Below, one piece after another: positions 26,051-42,728 of a DNA stretch of 63,951 nt. How positions within the stretch are numbered: position 1 is the stretch's first letter; each line of letters opens with the position of its first letter. The position numbers and the translations under genes are program-made. The notes under the pieces are model-generated. The model was not told the origin of the DNA. It made no database searches and saw only the letters and a program-made list of their open reading frames with translations. Origin of the DNA: Macrostomum lignano (taxonomy: Eukaryota); NCBI GenBank assembly GCA_002269645.1, contig NIVC01004025.1, positions 1 to 63,951 on the forward strand, given 5' to 3'.

Positions 26051-26489
26051 GTTAATTTCCAATGGGTACGGGATAGGTTAGCTGTAGTTGGCTCTTGCAA
26101 ATTTTACTTTGTATTGCGTCTATGCTTGAGAAAGGCTGTATTAAAGTGTCTTGCGTCAATGCCACTCAAAAAACAAGCCTAGAAGTGTTTTTTTCTCTTT
26201 TGTACACTGAACTCAACGCACAATGATGTTGAAAGTACACATGCACAGTTAAAGCTGTGCATTAGTGCTCAATTTTGCGTGCAGATTTTCTGGATAGAAA
26301 TTGCTTTATCTTATATAGTTAGCAACACTTTTCTTCTCTTCTAAAACTGTGTGACGCCAGCAGTCCTGTTCTATCCAATGCCTTATTTGGCTCGAGCGAT
26401 ATTTCTTTTGAGTTGCGTACTGGGGCGGTGTCACTAATGCTTGAATTAACATTTCATGGGTACATGTAAAATCCTAAAGTTCTATTTGC

Positions 26490-27205
26490 TCTTCCCCATA
26501 CCCCTGTGTCCTTGCCCATACCCCTGTGTCTTTGCCCATACTCCTGTGCCCTTCCCCATACTCCTGTGCCCTTCCCCATACTCCTGTGCCCTTCCCCATA
26601 CCCATGTGCCCTTCCCCATACTCCTGTGCACTTCCCCATACCCCTGTGTCTTTGCCCATACCCTGTGCCCTTCCCCATACCCCTGTGCCCTTCCCCATAC
26701 CCTGTGCCCTTGCCCATACTCCTGTGCCCTTGCCCATACCCCTGTGGCCTTCCCCATACCCCTGTGTCTTTGCCCATACCCTGTGCCCTTCCCCATACCC
26801 CTGTGCCCTTCCCCATACCCCTGTGCCCTTGCCCATATTCCTGTGCCCTTGCCCATACCCCTGTGCCCTTGCCCATACCCCTGTGGCCTTCCCCATACCC
26901 CTGTGTCTTTGCCCATACCCTGTGCCCTTCCCCATACCCCTGTGCCCTTCCCCATACCCCTGTGTCCTTGCCCATACTCATTTGTCCTTGCCCATACTCA
27001 TGTGCCCTTGCCCATACCCCTGTGCCCTTCCCCATACCCCTGTGTCTTTGCCCATACCCTGTGACCTTCCCCATACCCCTGTGCCCTTCCCCATACCCCT
27101 GTGCCCTTCCCCATACCCCTGTGTCCTCGCCCATACTCCTGTGCCCTTCCCCATACCCCTGTGCCCTTCCCCATACCCCTGTGTCCTTCCCCGAACCCCT
27201 GTGCT
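26490..27205. repeat. 20-bp minisatellite (CCCCATACCCCTGTGCCCTT)n
   Basis: Direct reading. Confidence 0.93.
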
Positions 27206-27634
27206 CTTCCCCAACAGACGGAGAGGAGAGGAGAGAGGTAGAGTGGGAGAGGGAGAGGAGGCGCAGTGAGAGGTTTTGGTTACAGGCGGCAGCTTAGTGA
27301 TCTAGCATTAGTCTAATATTATGCAGCCCAGTGGCTTCCAGAGTCTCAGTTTACACGTCAGCGCTTCGTAAGCCAGTAAAAACCAGTAGCCTAAGTTTAT
27401 GGCTGCAACTCCTTGTTATAGTAGCTAATTAGCATATTCTGCTATGTTAATTTGTAGCTGAATTCGAAACAGTAAGCAATTCAGTGACGCGAAATTGGTA
27501 TCAGTATACACATTGGACTGATTTTGTTTCCTGCAATTTGATACCATTTTTCACTAGGGTGAGTAATTTCTCTCAGGGGTTAAAATCACTTTACGCTAAT
27601 AGTCAAAATGTCTGTCTGTTTTGACTATTAGCGT

Positions 27635-28790
<1,156 letters not shown>

Positions 28791-29319
28791 ACCGACCGAC
28801 CGACCGACGACAGATGGAGCGCGTGAGTTGATGGGGTGTTCAGAATACAAAGATTAATGTAAAGGGCAGATCGAATTTCAAGGGTTTTTCGATAGTTCCC
28901 TATAAAACACACCGGTTTCTGTCCTGTCCAATGGTCTGCCGCTTTGGACCCTCAGCCCCCACCCACCCACACAGCCTATGCGGAAATGACTTCGAATTTG
29001 AATTACTCAAGGAGGCCCAACATCAGTGCCTGGAGTGGAGCCTGCACATTTCCAGACAACTGTGGGCTGAATATTGTAACTCTTCAGTTTATGACACGTG
29101 AAAGAAAGGAGAGGGGGAACAGAGGGAAGAGGAGAGGAGAGATGGTATGAGAGAAGAGGGCAGGAGAGAAGATAAAAAGGGAATTGCGAGAGAATTGATG
29201 AAGAGATTAGACTGATGCCAGATGAAAGGAGATAAGAGATAAGCGAAAATCAAATGAGAGAGCAGAGGGGAATGTGGAGAGAGGAGACGAGAGAGAAAGA
29301 AGAGAAAATAAAGTAGAGA

Positions 29320-29652
29320 GGGGAGAGGAGAGGAGAGGAGAGGAGAGGAGAGGAGAGGAGAGGAGAGGATAGTAGAGGAGAGGAAAGGAGAGGAGAGGAG
29401 AGGAGAGGAGAGGAGAGGAGAGGAGAGGAGAGGATAGGATAGGAGAGGAGAGGAGAGGAGAGGAGAGGAGAGGAGAGGAGAGGAGAGGAGAGGATAGGAG
29501 AGGAGAGGAAAGGAGAGGAGAGGAGAGGAGAGGAGAGGAGAGGAGAGGAGAGGATAGGATAGGATAGGAGAGGAGAGGAGAGGAGAGGAGAGGAGAGGAG
29601 AGGAGAGGAGAGGAGAGGAGAGGAGAGGAGAGGAGAGGAGAGGGGAGAGAGG
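29320..29652. repeat. (GAGGA)n pentanucleotide repeat in a purine-rich tract
   Basis: Direct reading. Confidence 0.93.
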
Positions 29653-30539
29653 AGAGAAATGAGACCATAGATAAAATTCGAAATGAAAGGAGAGAAAATA
29701 TAAGTGAGGATAAAAGACGAAGAGCAGAGGGCACTGGGAGAAAGGAGAAAAGAGATGGAAGAGAGGATTAGAAAGAAGAGAGCTGAGAAGAGACACAAAG
29801 CTTAACCAAATATTGTAAAGTTTCAATCGAATTAACCCGAAGACTCGACAAGCAAAAGTGAAAGAGTTGGCGAATTCCCATGTCTTAGACTCTTCTTTTA
29901 ATAATTTTTTTAACAAATAACTCTTTCCACAAGGATAGGAAATCTGTCAAGAGTTGCTGAATTTCCAAACACTCCAAGTTGCAGTCCTCCTTGGCGCGGA
30001 GGTTGGGGTGGATGTCGAACCCAGCTAATGCCCATAAATTCTCTGACTCGACCGGGGGGTCAAGCAAGGGTTGGTCCCGTGAGGAGGCCAAAGTGTTGAT
30101 TTCCGCTAAGGTTATAAAGAAGGCCCCTCGGCCCCAGTTTACAGACGTCAAAAAACCGACACTGTTCAGACTTTGTCTTTAAATTGTATTGGAATTTCAT
30201 TTCCTATCCACAGGTAAAATAGAATTGGTAACTACGACAGACTGACACACAACAGCCGTGAGAATAGGGGGGGGGGCAGCTTCTTGATGACGCCTCGAAT
30301 TTATTGACAAGAAGTCTTTGGTGTCATGGAGCTGCTCTCCTGTTCTCAGCGTCTTTGGCTGCAACCTGCGTTTGGATAATTCAATTGTACCTACCTACCT
30401 ACTTCTCTTTACTATCTCCCTGTCTATCTACTTCTCAAGCTACTTTCTACTTACTACACTATCTACTTACTGATATTTCTAAGTTCTATCTACGCTCGTA
30501 TCTACTTCTTAGCCTCTGTTAATCTACATCTCAACTTAC

Positions 30540-31130
30540 TCCTTACCCTGTCTATCTACTTCTCAAACTACCGTCTATCTACTTCTCAACCTACCTGGTC
30601 TATCTACTTCTCAAACTACCGTCTATCTATTTCTCAACCTACCCTGTCTATCTACTTCTCAACCTACCCTGCCTATCTACTTCTCAAACTACCGTCTATC
30701 TACTTCTCAACCTACCCTGTCTATCTACTTCTCAACCTACCCTGCCTATCTACTTCTCAAACTACCGTCTATCTACTTCTCAACCTACCCTGTCTATCTA
30801 CTTCTCAACCTACCCTGTCTATCTACTTCTCAACCTACCCTGTCTATCTACTTCTCAACCTACCCTGTCTATCTACTTCTCAACCTACCCTGTCTATCTA
30901 CTTCTCAACCTACCCTGTCTATCTACTTCTCAACCTACCCTGTCTATCTACTTCTCAACCTACCCTGTCTATCTACTTCTCAACCTACCCTGTCTATCTA
31001 CTTCTCAACCTACCCTGTCTATCTACTTCTCAACCTACCCTGTCTATCTACTTCTCAACCTACCCTGTCTATCTACTTCTCAACCTACCCTGTCTATCTA
31101 CTTCTCAACCTACCTGGTCTATCTACTTCT
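30540..31130. repeat. 25-bp minisatellite (CTACCCTGTCTATCTACTTCTCAAC)n
   Basis: About 23 copies. Confidence 0.95.
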
Positions 31131-31485
31131 CAGACTTCTCTATCTATCTATCATACCACAGTCCACAAATATAAACTTACGAAAGCAAATAAACAACAAA
31201 ACAAACTTTCTCATTTAAATCTGGAATAGAAATGTCTCGCTGTTTGATAAACAAGTTCAATATCAGTTCTTTTAATGCAGCGATTTGAATTCAAACTTTC
31301 TTTTATGTCAATTACAGTAACTTACCGTAGGAGACAATTATTGTATCATGATTTACGGTGTTCCATAGACACAAATGACATCGCTCTTAAAAAAGGATAT
31401 TGGTGTCATTCTGTATGCTCACAGTTTGTCTTGATACTGTAACTTGGACATTAAAGTTAAAATAGTAAACAGCAAGTTCGAGAAT

Positions 31486-33505
<2,020 letters not shown>

Positions 33506-33514
33506 ATTGCGTCA

Positions 33515-36500
33515 TCAGCTCAGCTGACCACATGCGTGCCTGCTGGCCGCCAGCTCGTCAAACGACAAATCCTCGTCTCCATGGTTACCAGCCTCGTTAT
33601 TAAAATCGTTGCCAAGGCGACTGCCATCGTGAGTCGTGTGCCGCAGTTCCCCACAACCAACAACAGCGACAGCAGCTTCTTGCGCATCAAATTTCGAGCA
33701 GACGCCCAGCAACAGAAAGTTGGCCAAGCGACCCCGGGTCAGCTGAGACTTTTGAGTCCGACAGCCAAGAGTGGCCAGAGAGAAGCACAGGACCAGAGCC
33801 AGGATGACAAACAGGGAATGAAATATGGGATAAACCTGCAGACTCATCCGCTGCATGGCCTGCGGGTATAAAATACGACACAATGGGTTCGTGTTAGATT
33901 CGTGTCTATCGCCTGTTAGAAACAGATTCTAAACTTTTAAATACATATTTTCACCTGTTAGATACAGATTCTTAACTGTTAGATACAGATTCTTAACTGT
34001 TAGATACAGATTCTTAACTGTTAGATACAGATTCTTAACTGTTAGATACAGATTCTTAACTGTTAGATACAGATTCTAAACTTAAAATACAGATTTTCAA
34101 TTTTTAGACAAATATTGTTTGTATTTATGAGTTGAAAATAACAATTACTCACTCTCTGAAGAACTTTCGTACATAGTAAAAATAAATGTACAAGCATACT
34201 TCAGCAGAGAAACTGTTGGTACTCACGGTCACCATGGCAACGGGCACAACAGCTTCGCCAAGTGCAGCAGACGCAACCAACGCTGTGGCTCTGCTGGCTG
34301 TCAACATTTTTATCAGGGAATGCAAGATTGAACTACAGGCTAGGTATGCTATAAGTATGACCATTATCCCAAATCCCAAATTACATGTACATCGATCCCA
34401 TATCAAATTGCTCCCATATACCCTATCGATCCCATATCCCATCGATCCCATATCCCATCGATCCCATATCCCATCGATCCCATATCCCATGATCCCACTC
34501 TATGCACGAAATCCCCAGAATCCCACAGACAAACCTGTCAGATGGACAAATTGCTCAGTCACAGCCAGTAGTGCAGGCATGCAATGGCTAATAAAAAATC
34601 CGGTGAGCAGTGTGCTCAAAAACAGCAAAGTCACGCTTCCCCAGCCCATTGAAAACAGCGCAGCCGCGACAAGGAGACCTGCCTAAAAAAGCATGCGCTA
34701 ATTTAGCTACTGGAACTGTAAGTAGTGTAGTAAGAAAGTTCAACTAATAATTATGACAGTCAAATTGCTCACCAGATCGAAAAATAAAACATAGATTGAA
34801 GCGACTTTTAAGGTCAGAAAAATTCCGACCAGCCGTCCCAACAGAGTGAAGCCCTGGAAATTCCAGGAAATGTCAGGTAGCCAATCTTTCTAATTAGGAA
34901 CTAGAAATTTAAGGCTTCAAATCGACTCACGATAAAATGGTTTTATTATTTAAAAAAATACTTTCACCTCTACTTTCGCCTAAAATTACGCTACATATCG
35001 GCTAGCTGATTCAAAGTCAAGACAAACTATTCCAGTAAAGTTTATTACGCTACATATCTGCTAGCTGATTCAAAAGTAAAGAAAATTATAAGCTGATTCA
35101 AAGTCAAGACAAACTATTCCAGTAAAGTTGAGTACGCTACATATCGGCTAGATGATCCAAAGGCCAATACAGACTATGCCAGTAAAGTTGATTACGCTAC
35201 ATATCAGCTAGCTGATTCAAAGCCAAGACAAACTATTCCAGTAAAGTTTATTACGCTACATATCGGTTAGCTGATTCAAAAGTCAAGAAAACTATAAGCC
35301 AGTAAAGTTGATTACGCTACATATCGGCTAGATGATCCAAAGGCCAATACAGACTATGCCAGTAAAGTTGATTACGCTACATATCGGCTAGATGATCCAA
35401 AGGTCAATACAGACTATGCCAGTAAAGTTAATTACGCTACATATCGGCAAGCCATCCGAATTCCAAAGACAAATTATTTATCGCTCTCTCGCTTCTCTCT
35501 TCTTATCTCTGAGCTTTCTAAGAAACACTCACCCAGAAAGTGGCGGACAGGTAGGCAGTTTGGGATTTCTCACTAGGCAAGCTGACAGACTCGAGCGAGA
35601 ACGCATAGATCAGGCTGCCGAAGCTGCCCTGCAACAATGAGGAGCACTTTTATATTTTTGAGATTAAGCAAGATTTATTGTCAAATGATTATTCAAGTGG
35701 CACCAAATGATTCTAAAAGTGGCGCCAAATGATTCTAAAAGTAGCGCCAGATGATTCTAGAAGTGGCGCCAGATGATTCTAGAAGTTGCGCCAGATGATT
35801 CTAGAAGTGGCACCAAATGATTCTAAAAGTGGCGCCAAATGATTCTAGAAGTGGCGCCAGATGATTCTAAAAGTGGCGCCAGATGATTATAAAAGTGGCG
35901 CCAGATGATTCTAGAAGTGGCACCAAATGATTCTAAAAGTGGCGCCAAATGATTCTGGAAGTGGCGCCAGATGATTCTAGAAGTGGCGCCAGATGATTCT
36001 AGAAGTGGCGCCAAATGATTCTAAAAGTGGCACCAAATGATTCTAGAAGTGGCGCCAGATGATTCTAAAAGTGGCGCCAGATGATTCTAAAAGTAGCGCC
36101 AGATGATTCTAGAAGTGGCGTCAGGTGATTCTAAAAGTGGCGCCAGATGATTCTAAAAGTGGCACCAGATTATTCTAGAAGTTGCACCAGATTATTCTAG
36201 AAGTGACGCCAGATGATTCTAGAAGTGGCGCCAAATGATTCTAGAAGTGGCGCCAAATGATTCTAGAAGTGGCGCCAGATGATTCTAGAAGTTGCGCCAG
36301 ATGATTCTAGAAGTGGCGCCAAATGATTCTAAAAGTGGCGCCAAATGATTCTAGAAGTGGCGCCAGATGATTCTAAAAGTGGCGCCAGATGATTCTAAAA
36401 GTAGCGCCAGATGATTCTAGAAGTGGCGCCAGATGATTCTAAAAGTGGCGTCAGATGATTCTAAAAGTGGCACCAGATGATTCTAGAAGTTGCACCAGAT

Positions 36501-39500
36501 GATTCCAGAAGTGGCGCCAGATGATTCTAGAAGTGGCGCCAGATGATTCTAGAAGTGGCACCAGATGATTCTAGAAGTGGCGCCAGATGATTCTAGAAGT
36601 GGCACCAGATGATTCTAGAAGTGGCGCCAAATGATTCTACGCTCTAAAAATCGTGTCCAGATGTTTCAACAGAGCTCCGATCCCCTCTCACAAGAATCCC
36701 GTCCAGGACAAAGGCGCTAAACGAAGCGCAGACGAGAACCAAGAAGATCAGGGTGCCTTCGGCCTTGTCGAAGCCCTGCTGCCGCTGCCGCTGCCGATGC
36801 TCAGTCTGATTGGCGTCAGCTATGATAGGAAAAATGGTAGAAAATCAAAATTAGGATTGATAAAAAACAACGGAAATAAGTGTCAATAGATTCAAGCCAC
36901 ACCTGAGACGGCTGGGTCGGCAGTCTCGACAATGTCGTTCCAGCCTTCCCTGTAGGCCAGCCAGAGTGCCGACATTGCTATGGGGATCTGAAGTTGGCAG
37001 AGCAGATATTTATAAAGTAGCTTAGCCATTGATGAGTTTGGGGGTCAGGTGACTCCCTTAATGACTTCTTTTTATGATCAGAAAAAGGCCAGAATACGCC
37101 TACTAACTTAATTATTAAGCATATGAATTGGTCATATGACTTCTCTGATGAAGTTGAAACACCGGAAAGGGGTCAACTGACTCTCGCACCCAAATTTTCA
37201 TGAGACCATCCACATTGGGGGGTCAACTGACTCCCCCACCCTACTGACCCTTAAAGCATCCAAAAAGGGGGGTCACCTGACTCCCCCACCCTACAGACCC
37301 TTAAAGCATCCAAAAAGGGGGGTCAACTGACTCCCATCCCGGAACTCGCCTGCAGCACAGCGATCAGATAAAAGGGCATTCGAACCCCCTCAGCCAGGCT
37401 ATCGGCGTCCTCAGCCGTACAGTTGCCCCCACCAGCCGGGCCAACCCCAGCCGCCACCCTGTCCGACATGAAGGCGCCAACAATTAGCGGCGCTAAAAAG
37501 GCGCCAAAACTTTGACAGCAGAACATGGCCTGCAGGAAAGGGGCGGCCTGCTCCCGATAGGTGGCCAGCAGCCGGGCGTTGCACAGGAACTCCAGACAGC
37601 CCTCGGCCAGCCCCATCAGGCTGAGCACAGCGGCCAGAGCTGGCAGGGTGCGACTTTGACCAGCCAATGCGAAACAAATTGGCAGCGCCGTGGCAACAAT
37701 GGCCAGGATCAGGTTGGCTGGCAACCTGTTGAGTTTGAGTAAATTATTACACTAATTAAATAGTTCATATTTTCACTACTACTAGCTGTGTTTCTATTGA
37801 AACTGCAGGTTAGTTAAGAAAAGTACTTTATTATTAACTTTATACGTGTAATATGCTACTATCTCTACTATCAGTAAATTATCAAGAATATAGTAAGCAT
37901 TTGTAATTTATTTAATATATCAAATTATCGATCGTACATCGTAGACTAGAGAAGGCCTGACCGGAAGGTACTGTAGGATAAATATCCCCTTGAGACTGAC
38001 CAGAAGTTACTGTAGGATAAATATCCCCTTGGACTGACCGGAAGTTACTGTAGGATAAATATCCCCCTTTGACTGACCGGAAGTTACTGTAGGATAAATA
38101 TCCCCTTGTGACTGACCGGAAGTTACTGTAGGATAAATATCCCCTTTTGGCTGACCAGAAGTTACTGTAGGATAAATATCCCCTTGTGACTGACCAGAAG
38201 TACACTAGTTTCTTTAAGATAAATATCCCCTTTTGGCTGACCGGAAGTTACTGTAGGGTAAATAACCTGTTTTTTGAAGGCCTGCCCGGAAGCACATGAA
38301 AATTGTACGCGTTCGTTAAGCGAATGCACAGCGCACTAACCTACACAACAGGAAATCAGATTTAGCTGAGACCAACACTGAAAGCGCATAAATTTGATGG
38401 TAAATAGTCAATTATGGCCATTGTCTAGAACACAGTAAAAATGAGTTCATATTTTATATTCCATTACGGGGCTATTAAACTGCTACTCTCGTCTTTCAGC
38501 TAGTTACTGCTAATTGCCTCGTCAGAGTTTTACAGCTAGGCTTAATGCCTTATAGCGCTTGGCAAATTCTAGAAGCAAACAGAAAAATATAATAACTGTA
38601 AAATAAAGACAGAAGTATACTGTGAGGTCAAATTGGGGACAAAGTAGGGACTTCTTGTACTTTTAAGCATTTCAATTGAAGAATCTTTTCGATTAAATTA
38701 AATGGCCTCCCCTCAACTGAAATGGCATCCCCTGAACTGAAATGGCATCCCCTCAACTGAAATGACATCCCCTGAACTGAAATGGCATCCCCTGAACTGA
38801 AATGGCATCTCCTCAACTGAAATGGCAGCCCCTCAAATGAAATGGCATCCCCTCAACTGAAATGGCAGCCCCTCAAATGAAATGGCATCCCCTCAACTGA
38901 AATGGCAGCCCCTCAACTGAAATGGCAGCCCCTCAACTGAAATGGCAGCCCCTTAAATGAAATAGCATCCCCTCAAATGAAATGGCATCCTCAACTGAAA
39001 TGGCATCCCCTCAAATGAAATGGCAGTCCCTAAAACGAAATAGCATCCCCTCAACTGAAATGGCATCCCCTGAACTGAAATGGCAGCCTCTCAACTGAAA
39101 TGGCATCCCCTCAAATGAAATGGCATCCCCTCAACTGAAATGGCATCCCCTCAACTGAAATGGCATCCCCTCAACTGAAATGGCATCCTCTCAACTGAAA
39201 TGGCATCCCCTCAAATGAAATAGCATCCCCTCAAACGAAATAGCATCCCCTCAACTGAAATGGCATCCCCTGAACTGAAATGGCAGCCTCTCAACTGAAA
39301 TGGAATCCCCTCAAATGAAATGGCATCCCCTCAACTGAAATGGCATCCCCTCAACTGAAATGGCATCCCCTCAACTGAAATGGCATCCCCTCAACTGAAA
39401 TGGCATCCCCTCAACTGAAATGGCATCCCCTTAACTGAAATGGCATCCCCTCAACTGAAATGACATCCCCTCAACTGAAATGGCATCCCCTCAACTGAAA

Positions 39501-42500
39501 TGGCAGCCCCTCAACTGAAATGGCAGCCCCTCAACTGAAATGGCAGCCCCTCAACTGAAATGGCAGCCCCTTAAATGAAATAGCATCCCCTCAAATGAAA
39601 TGGCATCCTCAACTGAAATAGCATCCCCTCAAATGAAATGGCAGTCCCTAAAACGAAATAGCATCCCCTCAAATGAAATGGCATCCCCTCAAATGAAATG
39701 GCATCCCCTCAAATGAAATGGCAGCCCCTCAAATGAAATGGCATCCCCTCAAATGAAATGGCATCCCCTCAAATGAAATGGCAGCCCCTCAAATGAAATG
39801 GCATCCCCTCAAATGAAATGGCAGTCCCTAAAACGAAATAGCATCCCCTCAAATGAAATAGCATCCCCTCAAATGAAATAGCATCCCCTCAAATGAAATA
39901 GCATCCCCTCAAATGAAATGGCATCCCCTCAAATGAAATGGCAGCCCCTCAAATGAAATGGCATCCCCTCAAATGAAATAGCATCCCCTCAAATGAAATG
40001 GCAGTCTCTGAAAGGAAATTATACTAACCAGTCTACATGGGTCTGAGCAAAAACGTACTAATGTGTTTTAGGCAGGTAACTTCAATAAATGCTTTCAACA
40101 AAATTGAAATTAGTAATTCTTTCTCGGGCATCCCGACTGGACGAGAAGCTTTCAGAAAATCGAATTTACAAAGCCATAATAAAGCAGGGGGATTTCAAGC
40201 TTAAGAAAAAATCTGATCGAACGAGTGCGTGATGCTCGTGATTTACTGCCCATCAACTCTTCTGTTGCTAGACCTAATGCTAATATTTTAAGCCGTTTCT
40301 GTCCTGATTTTATCTGCCCAGACGCTCAGTTCTGAGTCCCATGCATGTCAATTTATTAGTCTCTCAGTTTATTATCTGCTTCTCAAACTAGGTCTATTCT
40401 TGCTACCTCTCCTCTCATCTCCTTTCATCTCCTCTCATCTCCTCTCTTCTCCTCTCATCTCCTCTCATCTAATCTCCTCTCATCTCCTTTCATCTAATCT
40501 CCTCCTTTCCTCTCCTATCCTCTCCTCTCATCTTATCTCCCCTCCTCTTTTTTGTTGTCATCTCATCTCGTGTGTTCACATCTCCTCTCATCTTTCTCCT
40601 TTTCTCCTTTCCTCTCCTCTCCTCTCACTCCTTTCATCGCATCTCCTCTCCTCTCTTTTCCTCTCCTCTCATTTTATCTCGTTGTTACATCTTCTCTTCC
40701 TTCTTTTTTCTTTTTTCGTCTTGTCTCATCTTTTCTTATCTCTCATCTCCTCTCATTTCATCTTTTCTTATCTCCTCTCTGCTCAAACTCCATCTCCACT
40801 TCTCTCCACTCCGTTCCTCAGTCGTACGCATTAACTGCAGCGGAGCTATATCAAGATATAACCTAGGTTAGGTTGGCAAAGATCTAAGCGGTCAATTCAG
40901 GATAGATAAAAAAATCAGAAAGAAACTGCCGCTGAACTCTTATCATATTCTTCGAATTTGCAAACATTTCAGCAATCCATTCCAGTTGACAATTCTGTTT
41001 GCCAAGGACCGCCAAAATTAGACTTTGAAATTGCACACCTCCTATCCCCCCCCCGAGGCAATTCCTCACTGCACAGCATTGCAGTGCAAGTCATTTAATG
41101 GAGTCTGGATGCCAGAAACTAAGTGCTGCAAAGTCAACATCAACTGCCCCAATCCCACTGGATCAAAATGGAGTTCTTTTTTAAAAATAAACATTCGACG
41201 TTTCTCATATCGAGTTTTCCGGTGTTAGAGAGAGAGAAAAATATGTGAACTTTTATGAGACTAAACTCAACTCCAACATACAGCAGTATGGAAGTAAGTC
41301 CTGCATGCAGATGCAAAGCTGTGTTTTACAGTCCAAAAATAAAGGATTTGTAATATGCTGACTTAATCAGAAGTATTCACTGCCGGCAAAGATCAAAGGG
41401 GGCAGCCTCCCTAAAATTAATATGAAGCATTGATTGGCGGCAAATATCAAAGGCGGTAACCCCAGAATCAATAATCAGAGACATTGCTTGGCGGCAAAGA
41501 TAAAAGGCGGCAACCCTCCATTATTGATAATCAGAAGCATTCGTTTGGCGGCAAAGATCAAAGACGGCAACCCCATAATCATAATCAGGGACACTCATTT
41601 ACGGCAAAGATCAAAGGTGGAAGCCCCAGAATCAATAATCAGAGACATTGATTGGCGGCAAATATCAAAGGCGGAAGCCCACCATTATTGATAATCAAAG
41701 ACATTCATTGGCGGCAAATATCAAAGGCGGAAGCCCACCATTATTGATAATCAAAGACATTCATTGGCGGCAAATATCAAAGGCGGAAGCCCACCATTAT
41801 TGATAATCAAAGATATTCATTGGCGGCAAATATCAAAGGCGGAAGCCCACCATTATTGATAATCAAAGACATTCATTGGTGACAAATACCAAAGGCGACA
41901 GCTCCCTAATCAATAATCAGAAGCATTCGTTGGCGGCAAAGATCAAAGGCGGCAACCCCCATGATCAATAATCATAGACATTCAGTGGCGGCAAAGATCA
42001 AAGACGGCAACCCTAAAAGCATTTATCAAGCACGCATCGATTAGCGGCAAAGATCAAAGGCCTGATACATATAACAGGTCATAAATAACCATCATAAGAT
42101 TGCCCACCTGCGATTCAGCAAACCGGCAGATAGTGCTGTAGCCAACACAGCAGCCTCGTGACAGAACAGCACCAAAGGCGCCGCTTCCAGCATCCGTGAC
42201 TCCTCGGCTTCATCATCTCGCACCAGACAAGCCAGCCCGGGCAGAGCCGCCCCAATGCTGGAGTCAGACATGCCGACCAGAACGAACATTAGACAGCAAT
42301 TGACAGTCTTCATTGAATTCTCTCGAAACAATGGCCACCAGAGCACTCCACGCTTTGGTAAGGCATTGGAGACTGCGACATTGAGAAGTCCTGCAGACTC
42401 GGGCAGTGGCTGCTGCATCAGCGGCTTCTGCTGCTCCTCCTGCTTCTGCTGCCGGGCACTTTGCTCCGCTGATCTGAACGGCTGTTCAAATAAGCAAAGT

Positions 42501-42728
42501 TGAGCAATACACGCGCGAACACGTGTTATTACACGCGCGAAATTTGGCGCCACGGCCAGTTGACATGAAATTTGGCGCCCTGGATGACATGAAATTTGGT
42601 GCCATGGCCAGTTGACATGAAATTAGGCGCCATGGGCAGTTGACATGAAATTTGGCGCCATGGCCAGTTGACATGAAATTCGGAGTTTCCATGTAAACAA
42701 GCCCCTTTCTACTCACATCAGAAGCCAT
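33515..42728 (-). CDS. MFSD4: MFSD4-family (MFSD4A/NaGLT1-like) major facilitator superfamily transporter, ~571 aa, 10 exons
   Basis: Exons 42728-42717, 42481-42108, 37725-37350, 36987-36903, 36819-36692, 35628-35533, 34853-34773, 34682-34535, 34297-34227, 33859-33515 (1716 nt, phases 0/2/0/1/0/0/0/1/0 all consistent). Motifs [89 protein letters not shown] match the MFSD4 pattern. The 12-nt first exon is the least certain part. Confidence 0.88.
33945..34085. repeat. 21-bp minisatellite (GATACAGATTCTTAACTGTTA)n
   Basis: MFSD4-like intron 9. Confidence 0.9.
34390..34495. repeat. 16-bp minisatellite (ATCGATCCCATATCCC)n
   Basis: MFSD4-like intron 8. Confidence 0.85.
34985..35450. repeat. ~60-bp tandem repeat (ATTACGCTACATATCGGCTAG...CCAGTAAAGTT)
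   Basis: About 7-8 degenerate copies in MFSD4-like intron 6. Confidence 0.88.
35695..36638. repeat. 22-bp minisatellite (GATGATTCTAGAAGTGGCGCCA)n
   Basis: About 43 copies in MFSD4-like intron 5. Confidence 0.97.
37170..37335. repeat. ~51-bp repeat (GGGGTCAACTGACTCCCCCACCC...AAAAG), 3-4 copies
   Basis: MFSD4-like intron 3. Confidence 0.8.
37955..38270. repeat. 38-39-bp minisatellite (GACTGACCGGAAGTTACTGTAGGATAAATATCCCCTT..)n
   Basis: About 8 copies in MFSD4-like intron 2. Confidence 0.92.
38705..40010. repeat. 20-bp minisatellite (CCCCTCAACTGAAATGGCAT)n
   Basis: About 65 copies in MFSD4-like intron 2. Confidence 0.97.
41380..42060. repeat. ~56-bp tandem repeat (GGCGGCAAATATCAAAGGCGGAAGCCCACCATTATTGATAATCAAAGACATTCATT)
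   Basis: About 12 degenerate copies in MFSD4-like intron 2. Confidence 0.9.
42535..42685. repeat. ~28-bp minisatellite (TTGACATGAAATTTGGCGCCATGGCCAG)n
   Basis: MFSD4-like intron 1. Confidence 0.88.

Noticed and set aside
37140-37185. Hammerhead ribozyme core (CTGATGA..GAAAC)
   Set aside because: No stem II, and stems I and III cannot be formed
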